A stretch of 64,000 bases of DNA. It comes from Alphaproteobacteria bacterium. GTDB lineage: Bacteria; Pseudomonadota; Alphaproteobacteria; JAQWUY01. Below are positions 1 through 10,360 of this stretch, piece after piece; within the stretch, counting starts at the first letter, position 1; each line of letters starts with the position of its first letter. Both the position numbers and the translations under genes were made by a program. The stretch spans positions 226,948 through 290,947 of the forward strand of contig JAQWUY010000031.1 in the NCBI GenBank assembly GCA_029250225.1. Direction: 5' to 3'. The notes below the pieces were generated by a model, which was not told the DNA's origin, searched no databases, and saw nothing but the letters and a program-made list of their open reading frames with translations.

Positions 1-923
1 CTGTATATTTTTACATTTTTATTATGTTGTTTTAATGTTTTTGCGAAGTTATGTCCACCTTTTCCATCAGCAACAAAATACAATAATTTAGTATTTTCTG
101 GATTTAATGCAGAATAAAATGATTCTTCGCCTACAATAGCAATAGGATTAGGCGGTAAGCCCCTTGTATAATAAGTATTATAAAGACTAGGATATAATAA
201 ATCTTTTTTTGTAAGCTCACGATCTATATTTCCCCAACCATCACTTATGGCATAAATTACTGTTGGATCAGATTGTAATTTCATATTTTTATTTAATCTA
301 TTTATAAAAACACTAGCTACTTTTTCTCTCTCATTAACTAAACCTGTTTCTTTTTCAATTATTGATGCTAATGTGTATGCCTGATTAATATTTTTTATTG
401 GTAAATTATTTTGTCTTTTTTGCCATATTTCTTCGGATTTAATTAAAAAATGTTCTTTTATATTTTTGATAAGATTATTTACATTTTCACCGCGTTCAAA
501 ATTATATGTATTTGCAAAAATTAATTCATTGTCATTTAATTTAGCAACACCTGTTAAATACTTATTATTTAACATTTTCTTTCTTACCTGCTTGATAGTT
601 GTCCCCTCAATAATAACAAATTTACGGTAAATTATATCGTGTTTATCAATTTTTAATAATATAGTTAATGGACTTTCATTATTTATAGAATATTCTCCAC
701 TTTTAATATCACTAAAAGTTATTTTTGATAATATGGAAAAAGCAAGCTTATCATAGACATACCCTTTATCATATAATAAGTTAAATGTTGATGTTTTAGA
801 ACTACCTTTTGGAATATAAACAATTCCATTATTGTTTAAAGATAAACTATTATTTAACATTAATACTAAAAAAAATGTAAATACATAAAACAACAAAATA
901 TTTTTTAAATTTTTTATTTTCAT
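1..923 (-). CDS. mltG: Endolytic murein transglycosylase MltG (YceG-like); 5' partial, gene runs off the window start
   Basis: Manual minus-strand translation gives MKIKNLKNILLFYVF...GLPPNPIAIVGEESFYSALNP...YFVADGKGGHNFAKT, the YceG/MltG family signature (N-terminal TM, GLPP.PI motif). Start ATG is rc of 'cat' at 921-923. Not in the ORF track because there is no in-window stop. Confidence 0.75.
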   Translation of the reverse strand, partial: MKIKNLKNILLFYVFTFFLVLMLNNSLSLNNNGIVYIPKGSSKTSTFNLLYDKGYVYDKLAFSILSKITFSDIKSGEYSINNESPLTILLKIDKHDIIYRKFVIIEGTTIKQVRKKMLNNKYLTGVAKLNDNELIFANTYNFERGENVNNLIKNIKEHFLIKSEEIWQKRQNNLPIKNINQAYTLASIIEKETGLVNEREKVASVFINRLNKNMKLQSDPTVIYAISDGWGNIDRELTKKDLLYPSLYNTYYTRGLPPNPIAIVGEESFYSALNPENTKLLYFVADGKGGHNFAKTLKQHNKNVKIY

Positions 924-962
924 TATTAAAATAATATTACATAAATAAACAATTAACAATTA

Positions 963-991
963 CAAAAAAAAGCCGTCCAATAAAGACGGCT
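963..991 (-). terminator. Rho-independent terminator downstream of acpP
   Basis: AGCCGTC (971-977) pairs with GACGGCT (985-991), 7-nt loop. rc of A-run 963-970 gives a T-tract on the minus strand. Confidence 0.6.
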
Positions 992-1015
992 TTAAAAATC
1001 AAACTTAATGTAAAA

Positions 1016-1249
1016 TTATACAGCTTTTTCTATGTGTTTAATAACATCACCAACTGTTGTTATTTTTTCTGCTGCATCATCAGGAATTTCTATATCAAAC
1101 TCTTCTTCTAATAACATAACAAGTTCTACTGTATCTAAACTATCAGCATCTAAATCATCAATGAAAGAAGCTTCTGGAACTACTTTTGATTCTTCTACAC
1201 CTAGGTGTTCCACAACAATTTTCTTTACTCTTTCAGCAATCTCACTCAT
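1016..1249 (-). CDS. acpP: Acyl carrier protein
   Basis: 77 aa with the [10 protein letters not shown] phosphopantetheine-attachment motif. Synteny acpP-fabG-fabD. Confidence 0.95.
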   Translation of the reverse strand: MSEIAERVKKIVVEHLGVEESKVVPEASFIDDLDADSLDTVELVMLLEEEFDIEIPDDAAEKITTVGDVIKHIEKAV

Positions 1250-1370
1250 TTTAAATATTCCTTATATCTTAAATTATTAAATAACAAAACTATCTGCTTT
1301 TTTAACAATCATAATAATTTATTTCAAGTAAAAAATTATTAAATTTTAAATTAATATGATTGAAAAATTA

Positions 1371-2108
1371 TTAAATCATTAACATACCGCCATTAATATG
1401 CAAGGTTTGTCCTGTAATATAACTTGCTTCGTCTGAACTTAAAAAAGCAACAGAATTTGCAATGTCTTCTGGTTTTCCCAATGTTCCCGTTGGAATATTT
1501 TTCAAAATAGATTCTTTTTGTTTATCGTTTAATTCTTCTGTCATATCAGATAAAATAAAACCAGGTGCAATGTTATTAACTGTAATTCCGCGATTTGCGA
1601 CTTCTTGTGCTAATGACTTAGACATACCAATAATACCTGCTTTTGAAGCACAGTAGTTCATTTGCCCTGGATTTCCAGAAACACCAACCACTGATGATAT
1701 ATTAATTATTCTACCATATCGACGCCTCATCATCGCCTTAGATGCACTTCGACATAAAATAAAAGCAGAAGTTAGATTTACATTAATTACATCGTCCCAA
1801 TCTTGGTCTTTCATACGCATTGATAACCCATCTCTTGTGATGCCCGCATTGTTAACTAATATATCAATACCGCCTGTTACTTTTTCAGCATTAACGAATA
1901 ATTCTTTTACCGATTCTCTATCAGATAAATTTGCTGTTTGTACATGCACCCTATCGCCTAATTCTGATGCTAACTTTTCCAACTTTTCTTTTCTAGTTCC
2001 AGAAATAACTATTTCAGCTCCTAGCTTGTGTAGCTTTTTTGCTATTTCCCATCCTAATCCACCACTAGCACCAGTTATTAATGCCTTTTTACCTGTTAAG
2101 TCAAACAT
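1371..2108 (-). CDS. fabG: 3-oxoacyl-[ACP] reductase
   Basis: 245-aa SDR with TGASGGLG Rossmann motif and the YCASKAG catalytic Tyr/Lys. Confidence 0.92.
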   Translation of the reverse strand: MFDLTGKKALITGASGGLGWEIAKKLHKLGAEIVISGTRKEKLEKLASELGDRVHVQTANLSDRESVKELFVNAEKVTGGIDILVNNAGITRDGLSMRMKDQDWDDVINVNLTSAFILCRSASKAMMRRRYGRIINISSVVGVSGNPGQMNYCASKAGIIGMSKSLAQEVANRGITVNNIAPGFILSDMTEELNDKQKESILKNIPTGTLGKPEDIANSVAFLSSDEASYITGQTLHINGGMLMI

Positions 2109-2124
2109 AAATACTCCTTTAAAA

Positions 2125-3066
2125 TTATAATGTTTTTACAAAATCTTCTATATCTGAAATTTTATTAAGGCTCACAGAATTTATACTTTCAACTCGCCTA
2201 ACCATTCCAGATAAAACCTTACCTGAACCACATTCAACTAATTCAGAAACTGACAAATTAAGCATCTCGTCAATGGTTTCACGCCACCTAACTCGTCCAC
2301 AAACTTGCTCAACTAAACCATTTTTTACAACATTTACATCTGTCTGTGGTTTTGCTGTTACATTTGTAATAATCGGAACACTTACCGAATTAAACTCTAT
2401 TTTGTCTAATTCTTGCTCCATTGTGTCCATAGCCGGCTTAATAAGCTCACAATGAAACGGAGCTGAAACGGTTAATTTCATAGCTCTTTTTGCCCCAAAC
2501 TGCTTTGCTATTTCCACTACTTTATCAATAGCTTGAATATGTCCGGATAAAACAACCTGACCAACAGTATTGTCATTTGCAATCCAACATTTATACTCAT
2601 GTGTACTTGCTTCTATTGTTAATTTTTCAACCTTTTCATAATCCAACCCTAATACAGCAACCATTCCACCAACACCTTGTGGTACAGCTTTTTGCATTGC
2701 TTCGCCTCTTAATTTTAATATTTTCGCCGTATCAGATAAACCAAGAGCCCTCGTTGCACAAAGTGCTGAATATTCACCCAAAGAATGCCCTGCTACATAA
2801 TTAGTAATCTGTTGTATTGGTTTTCCCGACAACTCTTCTACTATGCGAGCGGTTGCAACGGAAACCGTCATAAGAGCAGGTTGTGTGTTTTGTGTTATAT
2901 TAAGTGCATTTTCATCATCACCAAATATAACATCAGATAGTTTAAAATTTAATGCATCATCGACTTCATAGAAAACATCTTTTGCTAACTTAAAATTATC
3001 AAATAATTCTTTGCCCATACCAAGTGACTGACTCCCTTGACCTGGAAAAACAAAACATCTATTCAT
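2125..3066 (-). CDS. fabD: Malonyl CoA-ACP transacylase
   Basis: FVFPGQGSQ and GHSLGEYSAL active-site motifs. Track start at 3081 is a GTG; ATG at 3064-3066 (MNRCFVFPGQGSQ) preferred. Confidence 0.9.
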   Translation of the reverse strand: MNRCFVFPGQGSQSLGMGKELFDNFKLAKDVFYEVDDALNFKLSDVIFGDDENALNITQNTQPALMTVSVATARIVEELSGKPIQQITNYVAGHSLGEYSALCATRALGLSDTAKILKLRGEAMQKAVPQGVGGMVAVLGLDYEKVEKLTIEASTHEYKCWIANDNTVGQVVLSGHIQAIDKVVEIAKQFGAKRAMKLTVSAPFHCELIKPAMDTMEQELDKIEFNSVSVPIITNVTAKPQTDVNVVKNGLVEQVCGRVRWRETIDEMLNLSVSELVECGSGKVLSGMVRRVESINSVSLNKISDIEDFVKTL

Positions 3067-3252
3067 AAAAAAAATCTCCACTCTAAACTAAATAAAAATA
3101 CATAAAATATCTCACAAAAATATTATATAAATACAAAAAAAACAACAAAATATTATTATATTCATAATTAAACTCATTTTTAATATGCACCACCTGTTTT
3201 CAATCAACATTTACATAAATTTGTTAAAATAATTGATAATTGCTTTAAAAAC

Positions 3253-3284
3253 TTGATTTTTTTATGTTTTATGTTATATATACT
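3253..3284 (+). promoter_or_regulatory. Candidate sigma70-type promoter for rpsF-rpsR-rplI
   Basis: TTGATT (3253-3258) then 16-18 nt to TTATAT/TATATA (3275-3282), about 130 nt upstream of the rpsF ATG. AT-rich background makes this weak. Confidence 0.3.
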
Positions 3285-3417
3285 CGATGAAAAGTCTTTA
3301 TATGGGATAAAGGCTAATTAACTCCTTGCTATAAGCTATGATATGTTTATGGCTAAGAAATGTCCTAAATTATCTTGAATCTAGGGTATTTCATCAAATC
3401 CAGAGGGAGAAATTGTA

Positions 3418-3753
3418 ATGAACAATTACGAAACATTATTTATTTGTCGTCAAGACATATCAACACAACAAGTTGATACATTGACTGATAAATTTCAAGA
3501 AATCATCACGGCTGATAATGGAAAAATAGGTCGTCGTGAAAACTGGGGTTTACGAACTCTTGCATATAGAATCAAGAAAAACCGTAAAGGTCATATCGTT
3601 CTTATTAACTACACAGGAAATCACACTGCGGTTAAAGAAATGGAACGCCTTATGGGACTTAGCGAAGATGTTATTCGTTTTATGACTACTTGCACAGCAG
3701 AACTTGAAACAGATGAAAGCGTTGGAGTTAAAACTTCAAGCTATAAGAATTAA
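3418..3753 (+). CDS. rpsF: 30S ribosomal protein S6
   Basis: MNNYETLFI... S6 N-terminus. Conserved rpsF-rpsR-rplI order. Confidence 0.93.
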   Translation: MNNYETLFICRQDISTQQVDTLTDKFQEIITADNGKIGRRENWGLRTLAYRIKKNRKGHIVLINYTGNHTAVKEMERLMGLSEDVIRFMTTCTAELETDESVGVKTSSYKN

Positions 3754-3764
3754 GGAGAGAGATT

Positions 3765-3992
3765 ATGAATCGTAAACCATTCAATCGTCGTAAAAAGTCT
3801 TGCCCATTTTCTGGTGAAAATGCAATTGAAATAGATTACAAAGATGTAAAAATGCTACAAAGATTTGTATCAGAAAAAGGTAAAATTGTACCTGCTCGTA
3901 TTTCATCAGTATCTGCAAAAAAACAGCGTAAGCTTACACAAGCAATCAAAAGATGTCGCTATGTTGGCCTAATGCCTTACACTGTGAAATAA
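3765..3992 (+). CDS. rpsR: 30S ribosomal protein S18
   Basis: 75 aa, ...[29 protein letters not shown]. Confidence 0.93.
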   Translation: MNRKPFNRRKKSCPFSGENAIEIDYKDVKMLQRFVSEKGKIVPARISSVSAKKQRKLTQAIKRCRYVGLMPYTVK

Positions 3993-4005
3993 GGAAGGAA
4001 GTACA

Positions 4006-4623
4006 ATGCAAATAATTTTATTAGAAAAAGTTGAAAGACTTGGTAACCTAGGTGAAATTGTAAATGTTAAGCCTGGTTTTGCTAGAAACTACCTTTTACC
4101 ACAGGGTAAAGCTCTAAGAGCAACAAAAGATGCTATCGCAAAATTCGAAGCAGAAAAAAGTGCTATTGAAAAACTGAACTCAAACAAAAAATCAGAAGCA
4201 GAAAAAGTTGCAGAAAAAATTGATGGCAAAACTATTGTTATCATTCGTTCAGCATCTGATTCAGGTCAATTGTACGGTTCTGTTACAACTCGCGATATTG
4301 CGATTTCAATTTCTGAATTAAGTGGTGATAATATTACAAGAAATAATGTTATATTAGAAAATCCAATTAAATCTATTGGTTACTTTGACTTTAAAATCAA
4401 ATTGCACCCAGAAGTAATTGCAAAAATTAAAATCAATGTAGCGCAATCAGAAGAAGAAGCTGAATTACAAGCAGAACGAGTTGCTCGTGGTGAATCTGCT
4501 GTTATCACAGCAGCAGAAGAAGATGCTAAGATAGCGGCTGAAATAGCAAAAGCACAAGCCGGAGAAATGGCAGAAATAGCTAAGAAAATGCAAGAAGAAG
4601 CCGAAAGCGGTGAAGCTGAATAA
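4006..4623 (+). CDS. rplI: 50S ribosomal protein L9 with acidic C-terminal extension
   Basis: MQIILLEKVERLGNLGEIVNVKPGFARNYL L9 N-domain. 205 aa against about 150 typical; E/A-rich tail. Confidence 0.92.
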   Translation: MQIILLEKVERLGNLGEIVNVKPGFARNYLLPQGKALRATKDAIAKFEAEKSAIEKLNSNKKSEAEKVAEKIDGKTIVIIRSASDSGQLYGSVTTRDIAISISELSGDNITRNNVILENPIKSIGYFDFKIKLHPEVIAKIKINVAQSEEEAELQAERVARGESAVITAAEEDAKIAAEIAKAQAGEMAEIAKKMQEEAESGEAE

Positions 4624-4658
4624 ATTAAGCTTAATAATTTAATCTTGAAATCTTAATA

Positions 4659-4686
4659 GGGCATACTCGTATGCCCTATTTTTTAA
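4659..4686 (+). terminator. Rho-independent terminator after rplI
   Basis: GGGCATAC-tcg-TATGCCC stem followed by TTTTTT. Confidence 0.7.
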
Positions 4687-4757
4687 AAAATAATGTACTT
4701 TTTGAATAAATTAATATATTATCAATTCTATATACAACACAAAAAATAGTAGGCAAA

Positions 4758-6368
4758 ATGACTGAAGAATATAGAGATTACAATGATATAAATGATTTCT
4801 CAAGTGCTAAAAATGACACTGCTGATGCAAAAAATAATCCTGCTGTAGATGCTATTACAAACATAGCAATGAAAAACGAATCATTAAAAAAACAAAGAAT
4901 AAGTGTTAATCAAACCGATAAACAAATACCTCATAACCTAGAAATAGAAGCAAGTGTAATAGGTGCAATTCTAAAAAATAATAACCTACTTGAAAAAGCG
5001 GATATACTAAAACCTGAACATTTTTATGCCCCTGAAAATCAAATATTATTTAAATGGATACTCGAACTAAGCGGAAGAAACCAATTAGCTAGCCCTAAAA
5101 CTCTATCTCATCTAGCTGACAATGAACCTGCTATTGCTGAACTTGGTGGCAAGGAATACCTTGCAAGTCTAGCTAGTGATGTATTTAATGTGGTAAATGT
5201 GGCTGAATTTTCTAGTACAATAGAAGATTTATTCGTAAAACGCCAACTAATTACATTGGGCGAAGAAATTATACTAGATGGATACAATCAAAATATTGAA
5301 AACACCGGCGACAAGCAAATTGAAAAAGCCGAACAAGCCCTGTTTAACTTAGCTGAAACAGGTGATACTAAACAACAAATAATAGGTTTGGGAACTGCAC
5401 TTAATCAAACCCTAGAACAAGCGGAAAAAGCTTTTCTAAACCCAAGTGGTTTAGCCGGCATTACAACTGGTTTCCGTGACCTAGACAAACATATGGGTGG
5501 ATTACATAAATCCGACTTACTTATTCTGGCTGGACGACCTGCAATGGGTAAAACATCACTAGCAACAAATATTGCATTTAATGCAGCAAATGCCTACTCA
5601 ACAGAAGTTGATGAAAAAGGTAATAAAGTAAGTAACGGTGGTGTTGTATTATTCTTCTCACTAGAAATGAGTTCAGAACAACTAGCAACTAGGATTATTT
5701 CAGAGCAAGCCGAAATATCATCAAATAAAATTCGCCTTGGTGAAATTAACGAAGAACAATTTAAAAGACTTGCTGAGAAATCTTCTAAGCTAAGCAATAC
5801 ACAGTTATATATTGATGATACCCCTGGTATCAGTGTAACCTCGCTTAGACAAAAAGCCCGCCGTGTGCAAAGACAACACGGACTTGATTTAATAGTAGTA
5901 GATTACTTGCAATTATTACAAGGTCCAGCCGGTAAAAGGTTTGATAATCGAGTTAATGAAATATCTGAAATTACTCGTTCGTTAAAAATTGTAGCGAAAG
6001 AGCTTAATATTCCAGTAATTGCCCTATCACAATTATCGCGTTCTGTTGAGCAAAGGGAAGACAAACGACCGATGCTATCTGATTTAAGAGAATCAGGGTC
6101 TATTGAGCAAGATGCCGACTTGGTAATGTTTATATATCGTCCTGAATACTACATAGCTGAATCCCCACCGGAACGCCGTGTTAATGAATCAGATGATAAA
6201 TTTATGGAGCGAATTGAAAATCATAATAGCAAATTAAGTGAATCTAGAAATAAAGCAGAAATAATAATTGCAAAACAACGACACGGTCCTGTTGGAACGG
6301 TTGAATTATTCTTTAACGGTAAATTTACAAAATTCGGAGATTTGGATAACCAACATTATGAAGATTAG
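4758..6368 (+). CDS. dnaB: Replicative DNA helicase DnaB
   Basis: Walker A GRPAMGKTS, SLEMS, DLIVVDYLQLL, SQLSRSVEQR, DLVMFIYRPEYY motifs. About 55-aa low-complexity N-terminal extension. Confidence 0.93.
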   Translation: MTEEYRDYNDINDFSSAKNDTADAKNNPAVDAITNIAMKNESLKKQRISVNQTDKQIPHNLEIEASVIGAILKNNNLLEKADILKPEHFYAPENQILFKWILELSGRNQLASPKTLSHLADNEPAIAELGGKEYLASLASDVFNVVNVAEFSSTIEDLFVKRQLITLGEEIILDGYNQNIENTGDKQIEKAEQALFNLAETGDTKQQIIGLGTALNQTLEQAEKAFLNPSGLAGITTGFRDLDKHMGGLHKSDLLILAGRPAMGKTSLATNIAFNAANAYSTEVDEKGNKVSNGGVVLFFSLEMSSEQLATRIISEQAEISSNKIRLGEINEEQFKRLAEKSSKLSNTQLYIDDTPGISVTSLRQKARRVQRQHGLDLIVVDYLQLLQGPAGKRFDNRVNEISEITRSLKIVAKELNIPVIALSQLSRSVEQREDKRPMLSDLRESGSIEQDADLVMFIYRPEYYIAESPPERRVNESDDKFMERIENHNSKLSESRNKAEIIIAKQRHGPVGTVELFFNGKFTKFGDLDNQHYED

Positions 6369-7419
6369 TCCTCCTGTATTAAAGATAAATCTAAATAATA
6401 TTAAGCACAATTGGCAACAATACAACAAATTCTGTAATAGTGATGTCGATGCGGTTATCAAAGCAAATGCTTATTCATTGGGTGCTGAAAAAATTTATAG
6501 TACATTAATTGATGCAGGGTGCAAGAGGTTTTGGGTCGCAACAATAGAGGAAGCTATCACCCTTAGAAAAGTTAATTCAAAACCAGAAATAGCCGTACTT
6601 GAAGGAATTGCAAGTAACAATATAGATTTATATAAGAAACATAATTTACAAGGTGTTGTAAATACTCCTGAGCAACATGAACTATGGGGGGAAAACCAAG
6701 ATTTAAGTGTATGGATACATATTGATACAGGTATGAACAGATTAGGTATTTCTCATAATAAAGCTATTGATATATTAAAAGATGCTCCAAAACCTTTTGG
6801 TTATCTTTCACATTTAGCATCTAGTACAGAATTAGATAACCCATTTAATAAAACACAAGTAGATAGATTTGAAAAAATAGTTAAAAAACTACCGAAAGCT
6901 CATACAAGTATGTACAATAGCAACGGTGTTATTGGCAAAAGCTTTAATCAAAAACATTCTATTCGCTTAGGGGTTGGTTTGTACGGCATTATAAATAGTG
7001 AATTTAATTTAAAACCTGTTCTTGAATTATCTGCATCTGTTACAAAAATCGATACGATAGAAAAAGGTGAACCAATAGGTTATAATTCTACTTTTGTCGC
7101 AGATAAAAAAACTAAAATAGCATCAGTAAACATAGGTTACGGAGATGGTTTTAATGTTAATATGTCAAATAAAGGCTATTTGTATCACAACAAACAAAGA
7201 TTTCCGGTTTTAGGTCTTGTTTCAATGGATGTCATTATGATTGATATAACAGGTAATAATGATTTAAAGGTTGGGGATAAAATAACTATTTTTAATAGTT
7301 GTAAATATGATAATAAAGCTGGTATCATTGATATAATAGAAATGTCTAATATTTGTAATGTGTCAGCACATAATATTATTACAAATTGCAGAGGAAGAGT
7401 TATTAAAAAATATATTTAA
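6358..7419 (+). CDS. alr: Alanine racemase
   Basis: AVIKANAYSLG PLP-lysine motif. ATG at 6358 overlaps the dnaB stop by 11 nt; the track's 6268 start is an in-dnaB extension. dnaB-alr adjacency conserved as in E. coli. Confidence 0.85.
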   Translation: MKISPPVLKINLNNIKHNWQQYNKFCNSDVDAVIKANAYSLGAEKIYSTLIDAGCKRFWVATIEEAITLRKVNSKPEIAVLEGIASNNIDLYKKHNLQGVVNTPEQHELWGENQDLSVWIHIDTGMNRLGISHNKAIDILKDAPKPFGYLSHLASSTELDNPFNKTQVDRFEKIVKKLPKAHTSMYNSNGVIGKSFNQKHSIRLGVGLYGIINSEFNLKPVLELSASVTKIDTIEKGEPIGYNSTFVADKKTKIASVNIGYGDGFNVNMSNKGYLYHNKQRFPVLGLVSMDVIMIDITGNNDLKVGDKITIFNSCKYDNKAGIIDIIEMSNICNVSAHNIITNCRGRVIKKYI

Positions 7420-7442
7420 ATATATAAGAAAGAAATTAAATT

Positions 7443-8219
7443 ATGTTCAATATAGCACAAAACATTGGTAGTTTAATAATTGACTCCGTGGAAGTTATAG
7501 GTAAAATGATTAGGTTTTCACTAATCAGTATTATCGGAATATTATCTCGTCCTTTCTATACAAATATATTTATCAATCAATGTATTAACATTGGTTTTTT
7601 CTCGTTACCTGTTGTAGGTATGACAACATTATTCGCTGGAATGGTGTTAGCATTACAAAGTTATGCAGGAATTAATCCAAACTTAGCAAGTACAACAATT
7701 CCAAATTTAATTGTTCTAGCTATTACAAGAGAGTTAGCCCCTGTTTTAGGAGGCTTAATGGTTGCCGGAAGGATTGGTGCATCGATAGCCGCGGAAATTG
7801 GTACAATGCGTGTAACAGAACAAATAGAAGCACTAGAAACACTATCAACAGATCCAATTAAATATTTGGTTATCCCTAGGATACTTGCTGGAATAATTAC
7901 CCTACCAATATTAGTTTTAATTGGTGATATTATTGGTATATTAGGCGGGTATATAGTTAGTGTTAGTAAATTGGGATTAAATCCAGCATCTTATCTTAAT
8001 AATACAATTGAAGCTCTTAGCTTAATTGGTGTTATATCAGGATTAACAAAAGCATCTGTTTTTGGCTTCATTACGACAATTATGGGTTGCTATCAAGGTT
8101 ATAATTCATCAGGTGGAGCAGAAGGTGTTGGTAAAGCAACAACAAATGCTGTTGTCTGGTCTTCTATAATGATATTAATCGCAAATTACATAATCACTGA
8201 AATGTTTGTGGGAGTATGA
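7443..8219 (+). CDS. mlaE: ABC transporter permease, MlaE/YrbE family (phospholipid transport)
   Basis: 258-aa multi-TM permease with the MlaE-typical ...MRVTEQIEALETL... segment. Followed by the ATPase with a 4-nt overlap. Confidence 0.8.
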   Translation: MFNIAQNIGSLIIDSVEVIGKMIRFSLISIIGILSRPFYTNIFINQCINIGFFSLPVVGMTTLFAGMVLALQSYAGINPNLASTTIPNLIVLAITRELAPVLGGLMVAGRIGASIAAEIGTMRVTEQIEALETLSTDPIKYLVIPRILAGIITLPILVLIGDIIGILGGYIVSVSKLGLNPASYLNNTIEALSLIGVISGLTKASVFGFITTIMGCYQGYNSSGGAEGVGKATTNAVVWSSIMILIANYIITEMFVGV

Positions 8220-8989
8220 TAATGGATAAAATTGTTTATAAAAATGTATCTAAATCTTTTGATGATTTAATCGTATTAGATGATTTTAGTCTTAATATAA
8301 AAAAAGGTGATAGTGTTGTAATAATTGGTGGTTCCGGGACAGGTAAATCAGTTTCCTTAAAATGCTTGCTTGGCTTATTAACGCCTGATAATGGTTCAAT
8401 AAAAGTCGATGAACAAGAAACCGTTGGAATAAGCTCGGAATACCGTAATAAAATTAATGAAAACATAGGTATGTTATTTCAAAACGGAGCTTTATTTGAC
8501 TCTATGACTGTAATCGAAAATGTTTGTTTTGGATTAAAAAGTGGAAAAGGAATATCTGATAGAAAAAGTAGAAAAATCGGTATTGAATGCCTAGATAAAG
8601 TTGGGCTAGATAAAAGTATACTAGATAAATACCCTTCTGATTTATCCGGCGGTATGCGAAAAAGAGTTGCTTTGGCAAGAGCGATCGCCACAAATCCAGA
8701 GATAATTTTATTTGATGAGCCAACAACTGGGCTTGACCCTATTACTGCATCGACTATTGATAATTTAATTGTTGATACGGTAAGAAAAATGGGAGTAACT
8801 ACTATAACAGTTACCCACGATTTGGCATCTGTACGAAGAATAGCTGATCGTGTTGCATTATTATATAAAGGTAAAATTGAATGGATCGGAACAGTTCAGG
8901 AAATGGACGAAACAGACAATCCTTTTGTCAAACAATTCATAAATGGTTCCAGTAAAGGTCCTATCCATTGGGCAAGAGGAAACAAATAA
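8216..8989 (+). CDS. mlaF: ABC transporter ATP-binding protein, MlaF family
   Basis: Walker A GGSGTGKSV, signature LSGGMRKRVALARA, Walker B ILFDEPTTGLD. Confidence 0.82.
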   Translation: MIMDKIVYKNVSKSFDDLIVLDDFSLNIKKGDSVVIIGGSGTGKSVSLKCLLGLLTPDNGSIKVDEQETVGISSEYRNKINENIGMLFQNGALFDSMTVIENVCFGLKSGKGISDRKSRKIGIECLDKVGLDKSILDKYPSDLSGGMRKRVALARAIATNPEIILFDEPTTGLDPITASTIDNLIVDTVRKMGVTTITVTHDLASVRRIADRVALLYKGKIEWIGTVQEMDETDNPFVKQFINGSSKGPIHWARGNK

Positions 8990-8992
8990 CAA

Positions 8993-10360
8993 ATGGTTAA
9001 AAGTAAAACCAAATACAGTTGTAATGCTTGTGGTGCAATTACCCCTAGATGGGCTGGAAAATGCGATAGTTGTAATGAATGGAATTCCATAGAAGAAAGA
9101 ATTGACACGACAGTTGCCCTTAATTCATCAGGTGCAAGACGAGGAAAAGGAAAAACTATAATTTTTCAATCCCTTAAAGGGACGCAAGAAAAACCAACAA
9201 GAATTAAATCAAATATTAATGAATTTGACCGTGTTTGCGGTGGTGGTTTAGTAAAAGGAATGGTAAGTTTAATCGGTGGTGACCCCGGAATTGGAAAATC
9301 TACATTATTATTACAAGTTGCATCATCAATTGCCAAAACAAACGAAACGGCATATGTATCAGGCGAAGAAAGTATTGAACAAATCCGTCTAAGAGCAATG
9401 CGACTAGGGGTGGAAGAAGCCCCTGTTCAATTAGCATCTAGTACAAATATGAATAATATTTTAGAAACTATGGAGGGAAATAATCCCCCGAAAGTAATAA
9501 TTGTTGATTCAATTCAAACAATGTTTCTTGATAGCATAGAATCAGCACCAGGTACTGTTTCGCAAGTTCGTGCTTGCGCCGGTGAATTAGTAAGAGTTGC
9601 AAAAGCAACAGGAGTTTCTGTATTTATAGTTGGACATGTTACAAAAGACGGAGCCATTGCAGGGCCAAGAGTGCTAGAACATATGGTAGATACAGTTTTA
9701 TATTTTGAGGGGGAAAGAACCCATCCATACCGAATTTTACGAAGTGTAAAAAATCGTTTTGGCGCAACCGATGAAATCGGAGTATTTGATATGACTGTAT
9801 CTGGTTTACAAGAAGTTGCCGACCCATCAGCAATATTTTTATCAAATACAAAAAAAGAAACCTCCGGTACAGCTGTATTCGCAGGTATAGAGGGTAGTAG
9901 ACCTGTTCTAGTAGAAATACAATCTCTTGTCTCGCAAACCACATACCCAAGCCCTAAGCGCTCGACTGTTGGCTGGGATAATAATAGATTATCAATGATA
10001 TTAGCTGTTCTTGAAAGTCGCGGTGGTTTAAATATGGCTGGAAATGATGTTTATCTTAATGTGGCTGGTGGATTAAAAATAACTGAACCGGCCTGTGATT
10101 TAGCTTGTGCGGCGGCGATAACATCTGCTTTAACAAATAAATCACTACCTACCCAATCGGTATTCTTTGGTGAAATAGGTTTAAGTGGTGATATTCGCCA
10201 ATCATCACAAATTGAAACAAGATTAAAAGAAGCAATAAAACTTGGGTTTAAAAAAGCAATTATACCTAAATTACATAAAAAAATTAATTTTAAAGGTATA
10301 GATATTATAACCATAAACGATGTAAGTGAACTTTACAGTATAATTAGGAATGAAAATTAA
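8993..10360 (+). CDS. radA: DNA repair protein RadA (Sms)
   Basis: N-terminal C4 zinc finger CNACGAITPRWAGKCDSCNEW, Walker A GDPGIGKST, KNRFG motif, Lon-like C-domain. Confidence 0.93.
   Translation: MVKSKTKYSCNACGAITPRWAGKCDSCNEWNSIEERIDTTVALNSSGARRGKGKTIIFQSLKGTQEKPTRIKSNINEFDRVCGGGLVKGMVSLIGGDPGIGKSTLLLQVASSIAKTNETAYVSGEESIEQIRLRAMRLGVEEAPVQLASSTNMNNILETMEGNNPPKVIIVDSIQTMFLDSIESAPGTVSQVRACAGELVRVAKATGVSVFIVGHVTKDGAIAGPRVLEHMVDTVLYFEGERTHPYRILRSVKNRFGATDEIGVFDMTVSGLQEVADPSAIFLSNTKKETSGTAVFAGIEGSRPVLVEIQSLVSQTTYPSPKRSTVGWDNNRLSMILAVLESRGGLNMAGNDVYLNVAGGLKITEPACDLACAAAITSALTNKSLPTQSVFFGEIGLSGDIRQSSQIETRLKEAIKLGFKKAIIPKLHKKINFKGIDIITINDVSELYSIIRNEN

Noticed and set aside
1032-1280. 82-aa plus-strand ORF overlapping acpP
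   Set aside because: It is antisense to an unmistakable acyl carrier protein gene and the translation is Ser-rich low complexity. Spurious.
6268-6357. Track-annotated 5' extension of alr (start at 6268) overlapping the last 100 nt of dnaB
   Set aside because: The extension is just the alternative frame of the dnaB 3' end. A canonical alr N-terminus (MKISPPVLKINL...) begins at the ATG at 6358, with the usual short dnaB-alr overlap.
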